A DNA stretch of 63,988 nt from Octopus bimaculoides. Its lineage: Eukaryota. The DNA lies in assembly GCF_001194135.2 (NCBI RefSeq), contig NC_068998.1:7100523-7164510 (forward strand). The letters are read 5' to 3'. Below the pieces are notes generated by a model. The model did not search any database, was not told where the DNA came from, and worked only from the letters and a program-made list of their open reading frames with translations. Made by a program: the position numbers and the translations under genes. Below are positions 12,953 to 27,180 of this stretch, piece by piece. Every line of letters begins with the position of its first letter. The stretch's first letter is position 1.

Positions 12953-13351
12953 ATACGTAAATATATAAAACATAGCTACAATATAAATGCGAACCATTTT
13001 ATTAGATGCTAAATCCACAGCAAGTAATTTAATAACACAAAAAAAAATCAAGTGGTAAAATTGAAAAAAGAAAAAAAAAAAGGAAAATAATAAAACAAAA
13101 CACTCTTTCAATAGCGGAAGCGGACATAAACAAACTGTAAGACTACGTTTCTGACAGTTTTTCTTTTCCAGTACGACAATTTTCAAAAGTGCTGTTACCT
13201 TGAATTTTCCGTTATTCGGGATGTCGTTATTTCAGAAATTTACAGTAAACAATACACAAACCAACCAATGGACCGTACTAAAGGAAATACCAAGAAATTA
13301 AATAAACTTTGAAAAATAGAAACAACAAAACGAAAAAGAAGTATATTATCC

Positions 13352-13412
<61 letters not shown>

Positions 13413-13471
13413 CATATATATATATATGTATAAAACAAAACTTTATTTATTTGTTGTACGTGTGTATGTTT

Positions 13472-13503
<32 letters not shown>

Positions 13504-13890
13504 TGTTTCCTTCCTTCCTTCCTTTAGTTTTCGAATTGTGTGCTTGGTTGTAAATATAACTGTACAGCGAACAGAGAATAACACTGCAGGAAACAATGAA
13601 AGAGAACGAATGAAGATATATATAAAAACAAGAATAGGAAAAGAAAAAGAAAAAACGAAAAAAATAATGTTTAAAAATATCTTGGACAGACAGACAATAA
13701 CAATAAGAGGAAGAACAAGATAACCAACAACAAAAACAACATTAACAAAACAATAACAACTACAACAGCAGCAACAGCAGCAGCACACAGAAGGAGAGGG
13801 TAAATGAGTATAAAGCAACAGACTCACAAAGACATGTATATATATATGTATATATGTACACACAATCCCATATATATGCATACATTTACC

Positions 13891-13924
<34 letters not shown>

Positions 13925-14399
13925 TTTCCCATATATGTACATACGTTTACATAGATACATATATATCCATATACATATGTGTATATATATGTATGTCTAT
14001 GTATACCATATACATGTATATATAGGCATACACAAGTTTATCTATGCCCATATGTATATAATGTATATAGCTATACATGTGTTAATATCTCACGTAGCTG
14101 AACTAATATTACATCACTTAGGTTCATGTGCATCTGTATGTCATAAAGCTGGAAGGAATTCGTTTCATTCCTCCAGCAGAACACTCTGAAGGAATCATTT
14201 CACTATTATTCCAAGAAATTTATGATTTTGTTTTTGAAATATAAAATTAACAGCATTGTTTCTGTCTCTGTTCCTGATTGATTTATTCACAAACCATTTG
14301 CGAACACAACAAAGGCCACGTATTAACTAGTTAGATTAGTATTTTGTCTTTTATTCAACAGTGGCTGGTGAAGTGAATAACCAATGAAATATCCAAAAT

Positions 14400-14605
14400 G
14401 TCCCATGAGGTGACATCAGTTGAATATTCTATATGTATGACGTGGTGACTTGTAACGAGCTTGCTTTCAATAACAGTCGACTGATACTCATTTCCAGCTG
14501 AACAAGCTGGAGCAATGTGAAAGTATGTGCATTGCTCAAGGGCATAATTCACCATCTAGGAATTGATCTCAGGATCTTATGATCATGAACCCCATTTACT
14601 AATTA
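14400..14605 (-). mobile_element. Diverged SINE, family D-like
   Basis: actcatttccagctga...ggagcaatgtgaaagtatgtgcattgctcaagggcata...ggaattgatctcagg...actaagcca. Confidence 0.55.
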
Positions 14606-14649
14606 CTAAGCCAAGTATGCTTATATGTTTGAGATATAGAACGAAGTAT

Positions 14650-15955
14650 TCAAAAATTTGAAGCAAAAATATGGAGAGTGGGAGATTATAACATGATGTG
14701 TTATGTAGCTATATTGATTAAACAGGGAAGATGACAGATTGCTAAATTAATGTTGTGAGTTGATGTGTTAATATAGAAAATTTAATAATGTCAGTCAGCA
14801 GCATATTAATATAAGCAGTAGTCAATAGTTGTACAGTTTAATATCTGGCCTTATCTATAGACAATACAGATATCCATCCACTAAGTTTGGAGGTTAAATT
14901 GTAAGTGATGCTGGGTGTAAAGCGAGAATCTTCATTTATCTAAAACAAATTCACATCGGGCTTATGAAAAAGTTTAATATTATCCGTATGAAGCTTTAGA
15001 ATGATATCCAAGAAGTTTGGTATGCTAAGACTGACTTCTGTTATTCTAAAACATTTTATTGTGTTGATTAAATCCTTCTAAGTTCGGTCGAGGTTGTATT
15101 TATTTATTTTTTCCAATGTCGGCAACCCATCGTCTTTATAAATGCCACCTTTTATTGGAGGTAAACTTTCCCAAAATAACCAGGATATCAAACATTAATC
15201 TCTCTCTCTCTCTGTATATATATATATATATATNNNNNNNNNNNNNNNNNNNNNNNNNNNNNNNNNNNNNNNNNNNNNNNNNNNNNNNNNNNNNTATATA
15301 TATAAATATAAAGAATATGAGTTGTCACCACAGCTTCTATATTGACTTAGTGGCTTTGCTGTTGTTGAAATCACCTTCACATAACCCAATGTGATTTTCC
15401 GTTATGGCTAAGTTATCTTGAAGCATTGCTGTTACTCCTGCCACATATGTGATGAAATTTACCATTCTGTCTAAAAAATTCACTATTGTAAAAGACACTC
15501 AATATTCTACACCACGGGACTGAACCCAAAATCATGTGGTTGCACTGTAAGCTTTTTAACCACATAGCCGTGATTGCATCTCTAGTTTGAGTCTAACAGA
15601 ATTAAGCAACCTGAATTTAAGGTTGGTAATATTTCGTGTGTGGACCTTCAATATGATATACAGTGTACTGGGAGCTAAGTACACTCCTACACTCCTACAC
15701 TCCTGACTTGTATATGCAGCCTCATGATGACTTCTTTATCGTCTGTCTTGATAAATGTGATTGTGAGCTTGTTTGAATGTTCATATATTGCAGTTATATT
15801 TTAGGATAAGAGTCTATTATAGGCATTCACGTCTATTCTGTATAAGTTTTTCACCTTATCTGATTAAATGCGCACTTGATTCGACAGAATAAAGGATGTT
15901 GAAATACTTTTCAACGTCCTTTTGAAGCGACAGTGGATTCTCATAATTCAAGCTA
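14650..15955 (-). mobile_element. Penelope-like element (PLE) reverse transcriptase remnant
   Basis: Minus-strand translation: LKVHTRNITNLKFRLLN ... HNGKSHWV ... GGIYKDDGL ... KDLINTIK ... PNFLDIILKLHTDNIKLFHKPDVNLF*INEDSRFTPSITYNL...ISVLS, following PLE RT motif order (TLKDHK, RLIN, YRDDGL, NFLDV, KP, PP); stops, a gap and a SINE head (about 15520-15575) interrupt it. Confidence 0.85.
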
Positions 15956-15959
15956 AGCC

Positions 15960-16260
15960 AAGTCAATCAGCCTGAATATAGGGGTTATAAATGAAATTTT
16001 GGTCCTTCAGTATGATATACAGTATATGGGAAGCTCTGACCTCTATATCCAGCCTCATGGGAATTTCCTTAGTTTCTCTCTTAATGTATGTGCTTACATT
16101 TTCATTAGGATTTATAGTAATATTGTTGCATAACAATCTGGCATGATAATTTACGTATAGGCTTTTCATCTTATGTAATGAAATGTGCTCTCATTTCAGC
16201 AAAGTTTAGAATGTTAAATTCCTTTTTACCTTATCTTAGAAGCTCTTGTGGATTCACCAG
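15960..16260 (-). mobile_element. Second, truncated PLE RT N-terminal segment in tandem
   Basis: LYIILKDQNFIYNP...FRLIDLA*LEL; nucleotide similarity to 15620-15955 (ccttca(a/g)tatgatatacagt, cagcctcatg, gtggattc). Confidence 0.7.
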
Positions 16261-16948
16261 AATCGTTTTGTTAGAATAAAAGGGTCACTTTTGAATGATT
16301 CTGTGTGTTTAACAGATGATGGGCTTTTACACTTTTGGAATTTATCATATATTTTTATCTCATATTTTATCATCAGATAAAGGAAAAAAAAAAACGTTCC
16401 TATCATTTATATCGCCTTTTAAAATCTATCTGCTGTTTCCATTTATTCTTCATCTGCCGTCCACCCAGATCTTTTCATTGCCCCATTGCCTTAATGTAAC
16501 TTATATCATTCATTCACAATTTTAATACATATTTTATCATCTTATCTTGAATGTGAGAGAATTATGTGTGTATGAATGTACGTGTGTGCGCGTGTATATA
16601 TATGTGTGTATGTTGATGCATGCATGCATGTGTGTGTATGTATGTAAATAGGAAAGAGCTGAAATGTGTATATGAAGAAGACATCTGGGTGTGTAGTCTC
16701 ATGCAAATCTGTAAAAGTGAACGCAAAAATACATGCATACGTGTGATTATACGCCAATATGTGTGAGTGTATGAGTGTGAGAGCTGTTAGTGAATGTGTG
16801 TTCACATATGATTATATAAACAGGTATGAGCAGACGTGAATACATTCAAGTGCAGATGTGAATGTATGGTGTACATGGGGGGGGGAGAATTGATGCTATA
16901 ATGTGACAGCAAATTTACTCTCCACTTGCTTTTCTGATTGAGAGTCGA

Positions 16949-17319
16949 GGCACTCCGTCGGTTACGACGTCGAGGGTTCCAGTTGATCCGATCAACGGAA
17001 CAGCCTGCTCGTGAAATTAACATGCAAGTGGCTGAGTACTCCACAGACACGTGTACCCTTAACGTAGTTCTCGGGAGAGATTCAGCACAACAGAGAGTGT
17101 AACAAGGCAGGCCCTTTGAAATACAGGCAAAACAGAAAAAGTGAGAGAAAGTTGTGGTGAAAGAGTACAGCAGGGTTCAGTACCACCCCCTACTGGAGTC
17201 TCGTGGAGCTTTAGGTGTTTTCATTCAATAAACACTCACGATGTCTGGTCTGGGAATTGAAACTGTGATCCTACGAACACGAGTCCACTGCCCTAACCAC
17301 TGGGCCATTGCACCTCCAC
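16949..17319 (-). mobile_element. SINE family C, full length (tRNA-derived head)
   Basis: Minus-strand head gtggaggtgcaatggcccagtggttagggc... with A box TGGCCCAGTGG and B-box-like gtttcaattcc; body shared with 19022, 26308 and 61312 copies. Confidence 0.92.
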
Positions 17320-17461
17320 ACTGATCAAAAGTAAACGTCTATTTTCAGAGCAATTTGTTTCCCACCATCTTTCTGAACTTCGTTCACACTTCTTGTCAAC
17401 AAAGTGATGTAAATATTAATCTACACAATTTATTAATTAACTTATAATATTCTACTATAGT

Positions 17462-17462
17462 T

Positions 17463-17533
<71 letters not shown>

Positions 17534-17581
17534 TTACTACTACTACTATTACCACCACCACCACCACCACCACCACCACCA
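17462..17581. repeat. (ACT)n followed by (ACC)n microsatellite
   Basis: Direct reading. Confidence 0.95.
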
Positions 17582-17813
17582 NNNNNNNNNNNNNNNNNNN
17601 NNNNNNNNNNNNNNNNNNNNNNNNNNNNNNNNNNNNNNNNNNNNNNNNNNNNNNNNNNNNNNNNNNNNNNNNNNNNNNNNNNNNNNNNNNNNNNNNNNNN
17701 NNNNNNNNNNNNNNNNNNNNNNNNNNNNNNNNNNNNNNNNNNNNNNNNNNNNNNNNNNNNNNNNNNNNNNNNNNNNNNNNNNNNNNNNNNNNNNNNNNNN
17801 NNNNNNNNNNNNN

Positions 17814-17858
<45 letters not shown>

Positions 17859-18566
17859 CTTATAAATATATATGGGATCGATACTAGATGTGTTGAAACG
17901 ATCGTCATGATTAATAATTATTTAATAATAATTTCTCGTATATTCTATCTTCCGTTTTTCATTTACCATATATATATGCATACATACATACACACATACA
18001 CATACACATGTATATATATAGTGCATAACAATAGCATACAGTTTAGTACTGCTATGCTACAAATTTAGTTACGTTTACTAGAAGGTATCAATATTCATAT
18101 AATCATTATCACAAAATTTGATATATATGTGTATATAACGGTGATACTACTTTTTTGGTTCTTCCTTTCTCCTTAACCGACACAGCAGTGACCATACTGG
18201 ATCACTAACTTATAAACATGAATAAGACACATCAATTTAATCTGACTCCATACAAGAGTATATTACCTAAATTGTCTGGCATGAAATAACAATACATTTC
18301 TAGAGCTTTCCAATAAATAGCTTTTACTATACTATATTAAATTACTGTATATATATATAAACTATATACAATGTATCACTTATGCACATGTATAGTCACA
18401 CTCACATATAAATGCACTCGTATCTACTTGAATATATAAATCGTATTTACTTATATTCTCACATATGCCAAATGCATCATTTTACCATTCTGGCAGATAT
18501 ATCTGCTCTCTGTGCATTAGATTAGACTTATATTGTAGGTTACATACATACATACATACATACGTA

Positions 18567-18725
18567 TAGGAGTGGCTGTGTGCTAAGTAGCTTGCTTACC
18601 AGCCACATGGTTCTGGATTCAGTCCTACTGCATGGTACCTTGGGCAAGTGTCTTCTACTAGAGCCTCGGACTGACCAAAGCCTTGTGAGTGGTTTTAGTA
18701 GACGGAAACTGAAAGAAGCCTGTTG
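18567..18725 (+). mobile_element. SINE family A 5' half
   Basis: ggagtggctgtgtgctaagtagcttgcttacc...gacggaaactgaaagaagcc. Confidence 0.9.
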
Positions 18726-19021
18726 TGTGTGTATATATATATATATATATATANNNNNNNNNNAGCAGGCTGTTTCATTGATCAGATCAACTGGAACGCT
18801 CATCTTTGTAACCAACAGAGTGCCAGTTTAACACACATACACACACAAACACACTCATACACACACACACGCATACAGCATACATACACACACACAAACA
18901 CACACGTACTCACATAGATACATGTAAGTGTAGGACTTCCTGGAAAATTCCGAGTAAGGCGAGGAGGGGTGAAGTTCTTCCTGGAAATTTCCCAGGTGAG
19001 GGATGAAAGACTGTCTGGAAA

Positions 19022-19280
19022 TTTCTGAGGAAAAACACCTAAAGCTCCACGAGGCGAACCCTGCTGTACACTTTCACCCGAATTTTCTCTCACTCTTTCT
19101 TTCTGTATCTGTTGTACCTGTATTTCAAAGGGCCAGCCTCGTCACACTCTGTGTCACACTGAATCTCCTTGAGAACTGTGTTAAGGGTAGACATGTCTGT
19201 GGAGTGCTCAACCACTTACACGTTAATTTCGTATTGATCAGATCAACTGGAACCCTCGTCATTGTAACCAACAGAGTGCC
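19022..19280 (+). mobile_element. SINE family C, 5'-truncated with internal deletions (another 3' fragment at about 18765-18825)
   Basis: aaacacctaaagctccacgagg...gatcaactggaaccctcgtc...gagtgcca. Confidence 0.88.
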
Positions 19281-19594
19281 ATATATAATTAATAAGACAC
19301 TGAGTAGAAACATCCTGCTTTCTATATGAACATGTATATTTGATTAATGTTATCAGCAATGATTTATATAATACATTAGATCTATATAACTATTTCACAC
19401 GATGCTAATTTACAATTTTACAGAGGTATTAAAATATTATTTACATGTATAATTGTACGGAGTTAATTTCTACGATATCAAGAATTATAACCTTGCTGGA
19501 ATTTGTAAGCAATTGTGATAAACTTGCGTAAAACTTGGTTCTTGTGTCTTTTGTTTAATCGCAGAATATCACACACACACACACACACAGAGCT

Positions 19595-19975
19595 ACGTAT
19601 ATGTTTGTATGTATGTATGTATGTATGTATATGTATGTATGTATGTATGTGTGTGGTGTATGTATGCATGTATGTATGTGTGTGTGTATGTATGAATGTG
19701 TGTGTGTATTATGTATGTGTGTATTATGTATGTGTATATGTGAGTATGTATGTATGAATGTGTGTATGAATGTATGTGTGTATGTATGTGTGTGTATGCA
19801 TGAATGTATATGTATGAAGGTATGTGTGTATGTATGTATGAATGTGTGTATGAAGGTATGTGTGTATGTATGCATGCATGTATGTATATATGTATGGATG
19901 TGTGTATGTATGTATGCTTGTGTATATGTACGTATGAATGTGTGTATGTAATATTTGTGTGTATATGCATGTATG
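19595..19975. repeat. Compound (TATG/TG)n low-complexity tract
   Basis: Direct reading. Confidence 0.95.
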
Positions 19976-20094
19976 TGGCAGCTAGAGTTATGGTTTTAGC
20001 ATACTGTGGACCATATAATCTAATGTGTCCTTTATTTTAAGATGTGTACTTTAAAGAGAATTTGGCAGTTATTTCTAGCATGTTTTGTAATCAT

Positions 20095-20520
20095 GCAGAC
20101 ATTCCTTGACTGGCTGGTGAGAATGTATGTGGCAAGCAACAAAAGAATTTGACAAGATAGGAACCAATGAAATCCTCAAGAAGTTGGTGCAGGTGTTCAG
20201 GAAGAACCTATTTAAGATTTGGTAAACAACTGAATGATAAATAAGTAGAATTCTACAAGAAATGAACTTGGACATTTCTTCAAGACATAATAGGTTTGTA
20301 TTTATTCTAAGAAAGTGACAATAGAACCCACAAATCTCTGTGATACTTTCCACATATTCGCCATGATAAAATATATTGCTCTGTAAACATCATGGGCATT
20401 GATGAGAATAACAGAAGATGCCAAGTGATTAAAATTAAAGACATATTCAGTCTGAAGAGGTTTAATATATATATATGGAAGAATCTTAACCCATTGCTTA
20501 ATTACAGAGTTGTTTCATAA
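20095..20520 (+). mobile_element. Decayed LINE RT remnant (CR1/L2-like)
   Basis: TKEFDKIGTNEILKKL...NLFKIW resembles SKAFDKVxHxxLLxKL...LLxWI; ttcgcc-atgataaaa looks like a frameshifted FADDTK. Confidence 0.5.
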
Positions 20521-20629
20521 AATATTTAATATAGTTTCATTTGTTGTGTTGCTCTCTGGTCACTTCTGACCAAGTATATCTATTACCTGCCTGGTGTCTT
20601 TTGGACAATTTAGCATGACCTACAAGTCT

Positions 20630-20672
<43 letters not shown>

Positions 20673-20920
20673 CTGAGGACAAAAATCTAACCTGCTGTGA
20701 CTAATCATATATTGATGTTCTTTTTGTTGTTGATGCTACACACACATACACACACACACAAGTTAAATGATCCTTTTGGCGGGAATCCCTGTTTGACTCA
20801 TCTACATACCTATTAATTCCAGTGGCAGGTAAAATGCAGTTGGCAAAATGGACCAGTTAGCACATAGCAGCTGCTTTTTCTCAGCACTGATTATAATTTA
20901 AGTTGCACGAAAATAAAACT

Positions 20921-21230
20921 AGCACTCCGTTGGTTACGATCACAAGGGTTCCAGTTGATCCAATCAACAGAACAGCCTGCTTGTGAAATTAACGTGCAAG
21001 TGGCTGAGTACTCCACAGACGTGTGTACTCTTAACATAGTTTTAATGGAGATTCAGTGTGACAAGGCTGGCCCCTTTGAAATACATGTACTACTCATTTT
21101 TGCCAGCTGAGTGGACTGAAGCAATGTGAAATAAAGTGTCTTGCTCAAGGGCACAATGTATCACCGGGAATTGAACTCATGATCTCGTGATCGTGAGCTG
21201 AATACTCTAACCACTAAGCTACGTGCCTTT
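20921..21230 (-). mobile_element. SINE with family D tRNA head and family C 3' module
   Basis: gcactccgttggttacga...gttccagttgatcc (C module) joined to actcatttttgccagctgagtggac...gtgtcttgctcaaggg...gggaattgaactc (D head). Confidence 0.85.
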
Positions 21231-21349
21231 TCTATGAAAATAAACAGGCATTACAAATCCCTCTGTAGATAAAATCATTTATCAAAAAATACACATGATG
21301 TGATGGCGCCACTGCAGAATGCTTGACCAACGGAACTGCTCGTTTATTT

Positions 21350-21617
21350 AATGTGGCTCCCGTGCTGGTGGCACGTAAAAAACAGCATTCATGCATGGTC
21401 GATGCCAGTAACACCTGAGTGGCCCTAATGCTGGTGGCACGTATAAAGCACCCACTACACTCTCGGGGTGGTTGGCGTTAGGAAGGGCATCCAGTTGTAG
21501 AAACATTACCAGATCAGATACGAGCTTGATGCAGCCTTCTGGCTTGTCTGTTTTCAGTCAAACCGTCCAACCCATGCCAGCATGAAAAGCAGACATTAAG
21601 CGATGATGATGATGATG
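21350..21617 (+). mobile_element. SINE family E
   Basis: Two gctggtggcacgta units, aagcacccactacactctc...ggcgttaggaagggcatccag...ccaacccatgccagcatg...(GAT)n. Confidence 0.88.
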
Positions 21618-22352
21618 TAAGTAGCGAGTATTCCATGTGTATGAATACCGTCTCTCAATTTAATTTTAAGGCAATATACAATAAGGCAAGTACCTTTGAA
21701 TTAAATATAAAATCGATTGGATGGATCACTGCACAGATTCCATTGTTCCCCACACAGGCTTTAACTGGTTCACAACTTTACTAAAAGACACCTGCCTAAG
21801 ATTCCATGCAGAAGGATTAAATCTAAGACTTCATAGTTACAAATCAAACTTCTTAAGCTCTTAGGCATATCTGCGTTCATTTAATACCTGAACATAACCA
21901 ATAAATATACATCATTTGGGAATAGAGAGACACTTAACGAGAAAGTCAGAGAATGTTGTATGGATGAGGCCAATAACAGAAGGTGCCGATCACTGAGGGG
22001 AGGTAATTACACAGAAATACCAATGTCTAATCGTGCACGGATGCCACTCGGAACGAGTATGATGTTTACACGCATTGTCTATAGGCAGAAAGCATTCCCT
22101 GAGACAAAAGTCATCAGCAAAAGCACCATGTTCTTGTTAGAGTGTGAAAGAAATTTATAAAGAATGGAGGTACACAAATATATGTGTAGGTCTGCGAAAT
22201 GACCCTTAGAATTTTCCATTAAAAGAAGCAAAAAGACTACAAGAATCAGATTAACAAAAATTCAATAAATTTTGTTGTGTGTTTAATATTAGAAGCATAT
22301 TTAATCACATTCTTCTTTCCTTGCAAATAGATATTTATCAATATTTTAATAA

Positions 22353-22388
<36 letters not shown>

Positions 22389-22541
22389 NNNNNNNNNNNN
22401 NNNNNNNNNNNNNNNNNNNNNNNNNNNNNNNNNNNNNNNNNNNNNNNNNNNNNNNNNNNNNNNNNNNNNNNNNNNNNNNNNNNNNNNNNNNNNNNNNNNN
22501 NNNNNNNNNNNNNNNNNNNNNNNNNNNNNNNNNNNNNNNNN

Positions 22542-22595
<54 letters not shown>

Positions 22596-24799
22596 TTATA
22601 ATTTTTAACACATACTTGTTATCCTCTCCTGTGCAATGAGGATTTACGTGATTCGTTTTTCTAAATACATACATTCTCTGATTTTGTTGCCTTCTCAAAA
22701 GCAAACATCCAATCCAGAAATATGTCACCCACCTTCAAATTTGTTGACAATATATTTGTCTCAAAACACCGCTAAAGGCAAGACTAAAATTAATGACTTT
22801 TTAATTCAACAGTTATGAACGCTCTCAATTGGGTTGTTACTGAGTTAGAGAGAAGATAGAGACTGACAATATCCCCAGGTCCTTTAGAATCAATATGAAT
22901 CAATAGCAAAAAAATGCTCACTTGGCAAAAATATTTGATTACCTAATAAAATGCAGTATTTTTTACTATTTTCTCTTCCCGCTCTCTCCCCTTCTCTCTG
23001 TTATGATTTTGAACAACGAGGCTGATGAAGTATGTAGCAGCCATATATTGGTATTGATTGTAATAACAGTGGTTCCTTCTCTGTTATGTCTCTGCTTTCA
23101 TGGTGTTATGCAAATTAGATAAATTTCTTTCTGGATCAAATACCAGATGACCATGTACTTATCCCACACCGTATGGCTTATTCAAACGTGTGTGTGTGTA
23201 TATATATATATACATTCTTGGAAACATCAGCTTCAAATATGAACGCATGGTTTCTATGATGTTAGATCCCATATTTTATCTACTTGATCAACTAATATAA
23301 CATTTAATCAGATTTCTGTACATAATCACTACTTTCTATACATAATCGATACTTCTTTTTCTTTTACCTTTTTACCTCAGTATATTACAGCTACACGTTG
23401 ACTATCAGAACAATGAAGTGATTGTATTATTTTATTAAACCACATATTCATACCTGTAAATTCTTCTCCTTGAAGTTGCCAAATACCATTTTGGTTCCCA
23501 GCTATAATCTCAGTCCACTTTTAATCATGTTCTAATGTAAAATTATGTTGTGTAACCAAGCAGTGAATTGGCAGAGCTATTAGAGCATCCAATGAAATGC
23601 TTTGTGGTGGTATATAATTTGACTTCTTTCATTGTAAGTTCAAACCTCACTGAGGTCCACTTTACTTATTATCTTCCCTGAATCAATAAGTAAAACTCCA
23701 GTCAGAAGCAGTAGACTGGTAGAATTGTTAGACCATTGGAAAGGGTAAGTTGAGTTCTCTATTTATGTATGTTTATATATATTATTGTAGAGATGAGCTC
23801 TTCACACAAAAAAAAACTATTGGGTACATAGAACACTTCAGTTCATCTAACAAGAGAATTAAAATGCCATTCAACCAATCCATAGTTCCATGCTATCTTT
23901 CTCTTTCTTAGACTCTCCCACTCCTTTTAACTACTTTGTCTTACTCGCTTCTTCCTCTTACTATTGCTCCACTGACAGCCTCCAACTTGCTCCATTATTG
24001 AGCACATGCATCCATACACATATGCTTCATCATTTACAACAGCTTTGATAAAAAAATTGCTTATCACTCATATGGCTCAAATATATATTTTTGGCCAGTA
24101 TAACACCAGAAGGTAAGTGGAGATTCACAAGGTCTTTTGAATCCTTTCTTTTCTTCTTTTCAAGGGCTCACGCAAATTTATCAAACCTTTAGAAGTTGCT
24201 GCAATATAAAATTGACGTTCGTTCATAGTGACATCAAAGTCTTGTTTCAGATACCTTGTTCTCTCCAATAAACTTCGTTAATACAAAAAAAAAAAAAAAA
24301 AAAAAAATCTGACAAAGGCAACTGTGTGTCATTATGACATCCAAGATATGTCATTTCTGAGTTATGGCTGTGTGGTTACAAAGCATGCTTCGCAACCTCG
24401 TGGTTCCAGGTTCAATCTTACTTTGGGAAAGTGTCTTCAACCATAACCTAAACTCGATAAAATTCTTGCCACTCGAATTTGGCCCAGTGAAATTGTAAGG
24501 GAATATGTCACATATACCAGGGGGTAAAAGAAAATACAGGAGGATCAGCTAATTATGATTTTATTCAACAAATCCCTCTCTCAGATTCACACACTTATTG
24601 CAGGGTTCCTTCAGTTTTTCTAAACCCTGTAAAAGACCTTGGAAGGTTGGTTGGGCTTCCAACCAGGCTTTTTAGGATACTCTTAAAGCCAGGAACTTTC
24701 CAGAATCTCTCATATATGTTTAGAGAAAACACTTGTGTGTCGAGGAAGCTGCTATGCACCATCCCTGAATGTAGAACTCAATATCTCATCAGGTGGTGA

Positions 24800-25003
24800 A
24801 ATATATATATATTTCTCTCCTTATTTTCTCTCTTTGTTTTCTCTCTCTTTGTTTCTCTCCTTGTTTCTTTCTGTGTTCCTTTCTGTTGAAGAGCGTAGGC
24901 TCGAAACATTAAAGACTTTCTCTATTCCCGAGCGTTATACTAATGCATCCATTTGTTGTCTACACCACCTGTCTTCCTCTGTTGTTTTTTCGTGAATTCT
25001 CCC
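24800..25003 (+). mobile_element. Element HH-1 with hammerhead-like fold at 24879-24914
   Basis: CTTT CTGTTGA A GAGC-GTAG-GCTC GAAA CATT AAAG, then the same 3' body as the 673 and 5790 copies. Confidence 0.75.
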
Positions 25004-25007
25004 TATA

Positions 25008-25077
<70 letters not shown>

Positions 25078-25318
25078 TATATATGTATATAGATAGATAG
25101 ATAAATAGATATAGATATACATGTATACACCCATGCACACAGAGATGTATATAAATATATACTTGAAATTCTGATGAGTGTATACAAATTGATTTGATCT
25201 TCCCGTAAATGTCGTTTCTATCGAATAACAAACTTTCCCTCTACATTAGATGTTTATTCAATACTGTCTATTTGGGATTGGTTTTTTTTCTGTTACCACC
25301 AATAGATTTTCATCATTT

Positions 25319-25366
<48 letters not shown>

Positions 25367-25376
25367 NNNNNNNNNN

Positions 25377-25424
<48 letters not shown>

Positions 25425-25455
25425 TACATACGTATGTATAGAAGCATGCACACAC

Positions 25456-25523
<68 letters not shown>

Positions 25524-26307
25524 AAAATATTCCCAAGGAATTCCCAAGGTGTAGTTAGATAGTCAACACTGATCAACGGAGGCCTCCAACAATATCAAAC
25601 TTTTCTACAACTTCTCTACAGGCGTCAACAACAACTGACCTCTAACCCAAAACTCTGAAGATTCACGATTTTTCTTGGGAATATATATTTGACATAATGC
25701 AAAATAAAAACATCCTATTTCTTTTGTAACTTTCAACAATGCTTTTGTCTTCTTTAATGGCCATAGATCGATAGGATTCTCCAAATGTTAATATTTCTTT
25801 GTCCAGAGATTCAGATGTGTGCTACAAAATTTTAAATAACATTTGTTTTGGATTTTGTAAAATTGTTTCTGTGTTCTTGAGTATCGAAGTATCAGCAGGC
25901 TTTGTCTACAATATGTTCACACAGAAAAGATTTAGTATTTTAATATCTATACATTTATTTTGTCATCTGAGATTTGAATATTTGTTTCCAGTACTTAAAT
26001 AAAAGAACACCTAGTCTTGTATTACTTAAAATTTACAGTATCTTCTTCAGAGTAGAAGCAACAATAGCCTTTGTCTTCAAATTGTTAATATAAATTCTCT
26101 CCATTATGTTCCTGTACTTGTAATTTTTTTTTAAAAGCCTCAATTCTTCTTGGTTATGCCACATGCAGAGTCATACATATTAATACGCGTGTATAGATAC
26201 AGGCACGTAGCAAATGAATCTCGAATATGATTTTACAAAACATATATATGCATCTATACGTATGTACGGTATATGTGTGTGTGTATTTATACATATACAT
26301 TGTTGTT

Positions 26308-26647
26308 GGCACTCCGTAGCTTACGACATCGAGGGTTCCAGTTGATCCGATCAACGGAACAGCCTGCTCGTGAAATTAACGTGCAAGTGGCTGAGCACTC
26401 CACAGACACGTGTACCCTTACTGTAGTTCTCGGGGATGTTCAGCGTGACACAGTGTGGCAAGGCTGGCCCTTTGAAATACAGGTACAACAGAAACAAGAA
26501 ATAAGAGTGAGAGAAAGTTGTGGGGAAAGAGTACAGCAGGGTTCACCAGTACCCCCTGCCGGAGCCTCGTGGAGCCTCTGGGAATCGAAACCGCGATCCT
26601 ACGACCGCGAGTCCGCTGCTCTGACCACTAGGCCATTGCGCCTCCAC
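26308..26647 (-). mobile_element. SINE family C, near full length, with 13-bp TSD
   Basis: Head with A/B boxes, internal deletion relative to 16949 copy, short (AAC)n tail, TATACATATACAT at 26288-26300 and 26648-26660. Confidence 0.93.
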
Positions 26648-26699
26648 TATACATATACATATACATCAATATATGTACATATATAAATAAATATATTTG

Positions 26700-27180
26700 T
26701 AAGCAATGACAAGAAACCAAGGCCTTTGGGAGATATGCCATGCTTGAGAAGAGCCGTGAAGCCAAGTAAGATCACAGTCATGGCCGATGACAGTGTTGTT
26801 CAAATGGCCTTTTCAAAGCGTCCTTCAATCACTGGGCAATGTGCTGTACTTGTGAAGACCTGTTGAACTGCGTGAAATTGTAGTTGTGGCCGATGCCGGT
26901 GTCATGTGGGTGGCACCCGTACTGGTGGCGCACTGTTCAAGCATTGGGCCACTTGGAGGCAGTGACAGGTGACCAAGATCCTTGGTGATATATCGTGCTT
27001 GTATTATTGACCAGTCAAGCCAAGTGAGACCGTAGTCATGGCCGGTGTCAGTGTCAGGTCAATGGGACCCATGCTGGTGGTATGTAAGAAGCACCCACTG
27101 CACACCCGGAGTGTTTGGTGTTAGGAAGAGCATCCAACCAAAGAAACCTTGCCAAATAAGACTGGAACTTGGTGCAGCCC
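26700..27180 (+). mobile_element. SINE family E, long diverged copy with internal tandem units
   Basis: Recurring gtcatggccgatg / gccaagtgag units ending in aagcacccactgcacac...ggtgttaggaagagcatccaacc. Confidence 0.75.

Noticed and set aside
17870-17910. gaaacgatcgtc, a hammerhead-like GAAA plus palindromic stem III and GUC
   Set aside because: No CUGANGA core, stem II or stem I upstream; at best a decayed relic
21960-22160. 66-aa ORF in a slightly GC-rich patch
   Set aside because: No motif in any frame and no splice sites
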